Shown here in pieces: positions 61,201 through 64,000 of a DNA stretch of 64,000 nucleotides. The DNA comes from Stylophora pistillata (lineage: Eukaryota): NCBI RefSeq assembly GCF_002571385.2, contig NW_019218266.1:8843-72842 (forward strand), given 5' to 3'. Each line of letters begins with the position of its first letter. The first letter of the stretch is position 1. Position numbers and translations under genes: made by a program. The notes beneath the pieces are model-generated. The model made no database searches, was not told where the DNA came from, and saw only the letters and a program-made list of their open reading frames with translations.

Positions 61201-64000
61201 AACTATGCAACTGGAGAACTTTAAGTTCACTTTTCATTGCAAAAACAGAAATGCAACAAACCGAATTCAGTTGTTATATTATTAAATGTATTCGCTTACA
61301 GGTGTCTATCTGAGTGGAAAGTAAGATAAAAGAATCTGGAAGCATTAACAAAAGCTTTCAAAGTATTTTGACAAACCCACGCATCTAACAAAATTAACCA
61401 GTAGAGTAAGCTTTCTTCATAACTTAGCCTTGTGGGACCAAACGGTACAGCGAATTATCATTATTTTTAATCTAAGTTAAAATGTACTGAAACAAACAGC
61501 GCTGACTTCTGATTTCAGCCAAGGAAATAACCTTGAACGTTCTGATCTATTTTGATAACATTTCCTACAGACAATATTATTCTAATATATTGTCGCCTGG
61601 AATAAAGACAGCTAAAGGAATTAAAAGGAACAATTGTTGGTTTTCTTAATATAAAATCAACTTGAGGCTTAACAAAGAGTGGTTACCCATGGAAACATGC
61701 TTTGACCCCAAGTACGCCGTTTCACTATTCATGGTGTTTTGTCGACATCACAAAAACACCGCAATAGCTTTTAGTTAAGCTGTTAAACGTTCAATAGGTA
61801 TTGTCTTGACATAGGTAATGCCTTCAACCGTTACTAGAGGGATTTAACAACGAAGACAAACAACAACTCCAGTTCTTTACACCTCATAGAGTTGCTTGGT
61901 TTTAAAAATAAAAGAAAGAAATCTTTTTATGTCGAGACAACAACTTAGATATTGTTTGCGTCTTGAAGTTCACTTAAAAATATTCGAAGGCTAAAAAAAG
62001 CGATGAAACAATAAGGGAGAGTCCATTCTGTTTTCCCTCCTTGAAGAGGTTAAGTTTATTCGCAAACACCTAATACAGTCGCAAGTAGTTTTGCTGCAAC
62101 ACAACCATATAAAATATATGTACAAGACTAAAACAGCAGCTTATGTAAAGAGACAAGTTTACTGGAACGTTTTTAATGCACGTAACTCATGCAAGCTCTC
62201 CGACAACGCTGTTCTCCTTTATTTCTCTAGGGAGAGAATGGCAAATTTTGACACCTTGATAACAGCTAAAAATAGAAAAGTAAACAGGAGTAGCTATTCC
62301 GTTTCCGGAATAGCTACTCCTGCTGAATTGTCCCACTGATGTATATATATCCTGAGCTGCTGATGTCGCTACTTGAGATTTATCTCATTTCAAGATCTTC
62401 TCTTGAAGCAAAGTTCAGTTCTTGCAATTTTCAACAAATCCCAAATAGATACTAGATTTTAACCCTTCTTTTTTTGTTTCAGAGAACAGAGATACCCGCT
62501 AAATAATCAACCTCTGTCTCAATCTAAAGAAAAGTTGCCAAACTTAAGGTAAAACGGGACAAGTATGTCAGCTCTTTACACGGAATTTTCGACACTGTTA
62601 TCTATGACCCTAGGTGATTTGATAACAAACTTCAATAGCCCCAGGATCTTTGGAAATCTCCCTACTTCCTTTGTATGACAAAAAAACAAAGATTCCCAGA
62701 ATTTTCAGTTGCCAAAAGTAAACGTGTGTCTCTAGCCCCGTTAGAGCCTTACATGTCCATATAAAACGTTAATGAAGAGCAGGGATTGTCAAGAAAAGGT
62801 CGAATAACGAAATCTAATCAATAAGTTTGGGAAATCTGGACTTCCATCGTTTGACTGATTTAAAAAATAGCGAATGTATATCTTGAAAAGCTTAAAGTGC
62901 ATTAGCAAACTTTCAAATTTCAACAAAGCTACAAATTAGTAAATACTGGCTATCAAAGAAGTTTGACTATATTCGCTCAGAATAGCTTTAGGGAAATTTC
63001 TTTTCCAGCAATTTATGTCTTTTGGAAAGAAACAACTACAACTGTTTTGAAACCAACGAAGAGCTGCTTTTCTTTATCGCTGGAGAAAAATGTTTCTCGT
63101 TTAGAAAAAAGGAGAACGTTATTTAAAAGTTTCATGAAACCATCCCATCTTGGGTAAAGATTCTACTTTTTAATTAAAGAAATATGTCTCCAGAAAATTC
63201 TTGTTTTTAAAAATTGGCTTGTTTTCCTTTTCAATTGCACGAGACCATCAATAAATACTAAACATCATTGGTCTTCTCGGAGAAGGTCAAGGTTTCTTGG
63301 ACTATTTTCCAGCGAATAAAACCGTTTTCTCGATCAAAACTGTTGATTCTAGAACAAGCTTCCGTAACGATTTCGTTTACTTTATTGTGTCGCCAACTCC
63401 CAGCTGATAAAACACCGCTGTTGTTTGGTAAATATCGCTAAACAGTTTCTACAATGATTTGTCAAGAGAATTCTACTTATTGTCGGTCATTATTAACATA
63501 CGTCTATTTTGTTTAAGACAAGAAAGAGTACAAACGTGACTTTTGATGAAAAATGCTATAAAAACACTCGGAACTGGGTGAAAAAGAAACGCATCAGCAT
63601 TACATAAATTTTCCCCTTATCAATTTTTTATGTAATTAATTACTATTCACTGCGCATGCGTAAAATATTATTTAGTTAATTTAACCCCTGGTAAAAGAAT
63701 CTCTTAAATCGGAGATCTAGAAGACACCCACGAAAAGCAAGTACGGGTATAATAAGCTACAACATAAGGTGCCAACGGTAGAGTAGAAAGAGACGTCCCA
63801 CAACTGAGCCAAGAACCAATTGTGATCATATAAATCGAACAGTGGAATATTGACCGAAGTGGGTTGGGCGAAATGCTCGCTAAAGGGGCTACTATCGAGG
63901 AACTTGATTTCCTGCTCACGCCCCTGGGAAGGTCTGAGACAAAGGCCGTTGCCTATCCTAGATGGATACCCTTGTAACTATAGGGGTGGATCACTAGAAA

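Noticed and set aside
58300-64000. Short ORFs downstream of Lhx1/5 and a GC-richer stretch at 63900-64000
   Set aside because: No recognisable domains or consistent splice pattern. The terminal stretch may be a repeat edge but cannot be classified from this window.

Overview
Eukaryotic, intron-rich, AT-rich genomic DNA with three assembly gaps (9827-10756, 19763-19771, 21234-21876). Gene content and repeat style suggest a cnidarian, probably a stony coral (inference). The conserved backbone, hand-spliced from GT-AG sites, is OGFOD2(-), CCDC157(+), CRCP/RPC9(+), tRNA-Leu(TAG)(-), ZDHHC5/8(-, with a U12 intron), FBXW8(+) and Lhx1/5(+, with an in-frame TAG between its LIM domains). Two dynamic, probably lineage-specific modules sit in or beside this block. 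(1) An intronless, bacterial-type choloylglycine hydrolase/penicillin V acylase (Ntn hydrolase) with a signal peptide and KDEL-like tail, plus a dead paralogue disrupted by two IS3EU-like transposons. (2) A gene with three coding exons that splices a GT4 (GT-B) glycosyltransferase in frame to a long coiled coil and an intact TKL-type kinase (about 1055 aa), next to a frameshifted GT4 paralogue interleaved with partial CCDC157 duplicates. The GT4-coiled-coil-kinase fusion is the best candidate for an undescribed, possibly immune, system. Many MITEs and retroelement remnants are present, including a 37-bp and a 79-bp element with perfect TIRs and TSDs. All family assignments come from motif recognition, not database searches.
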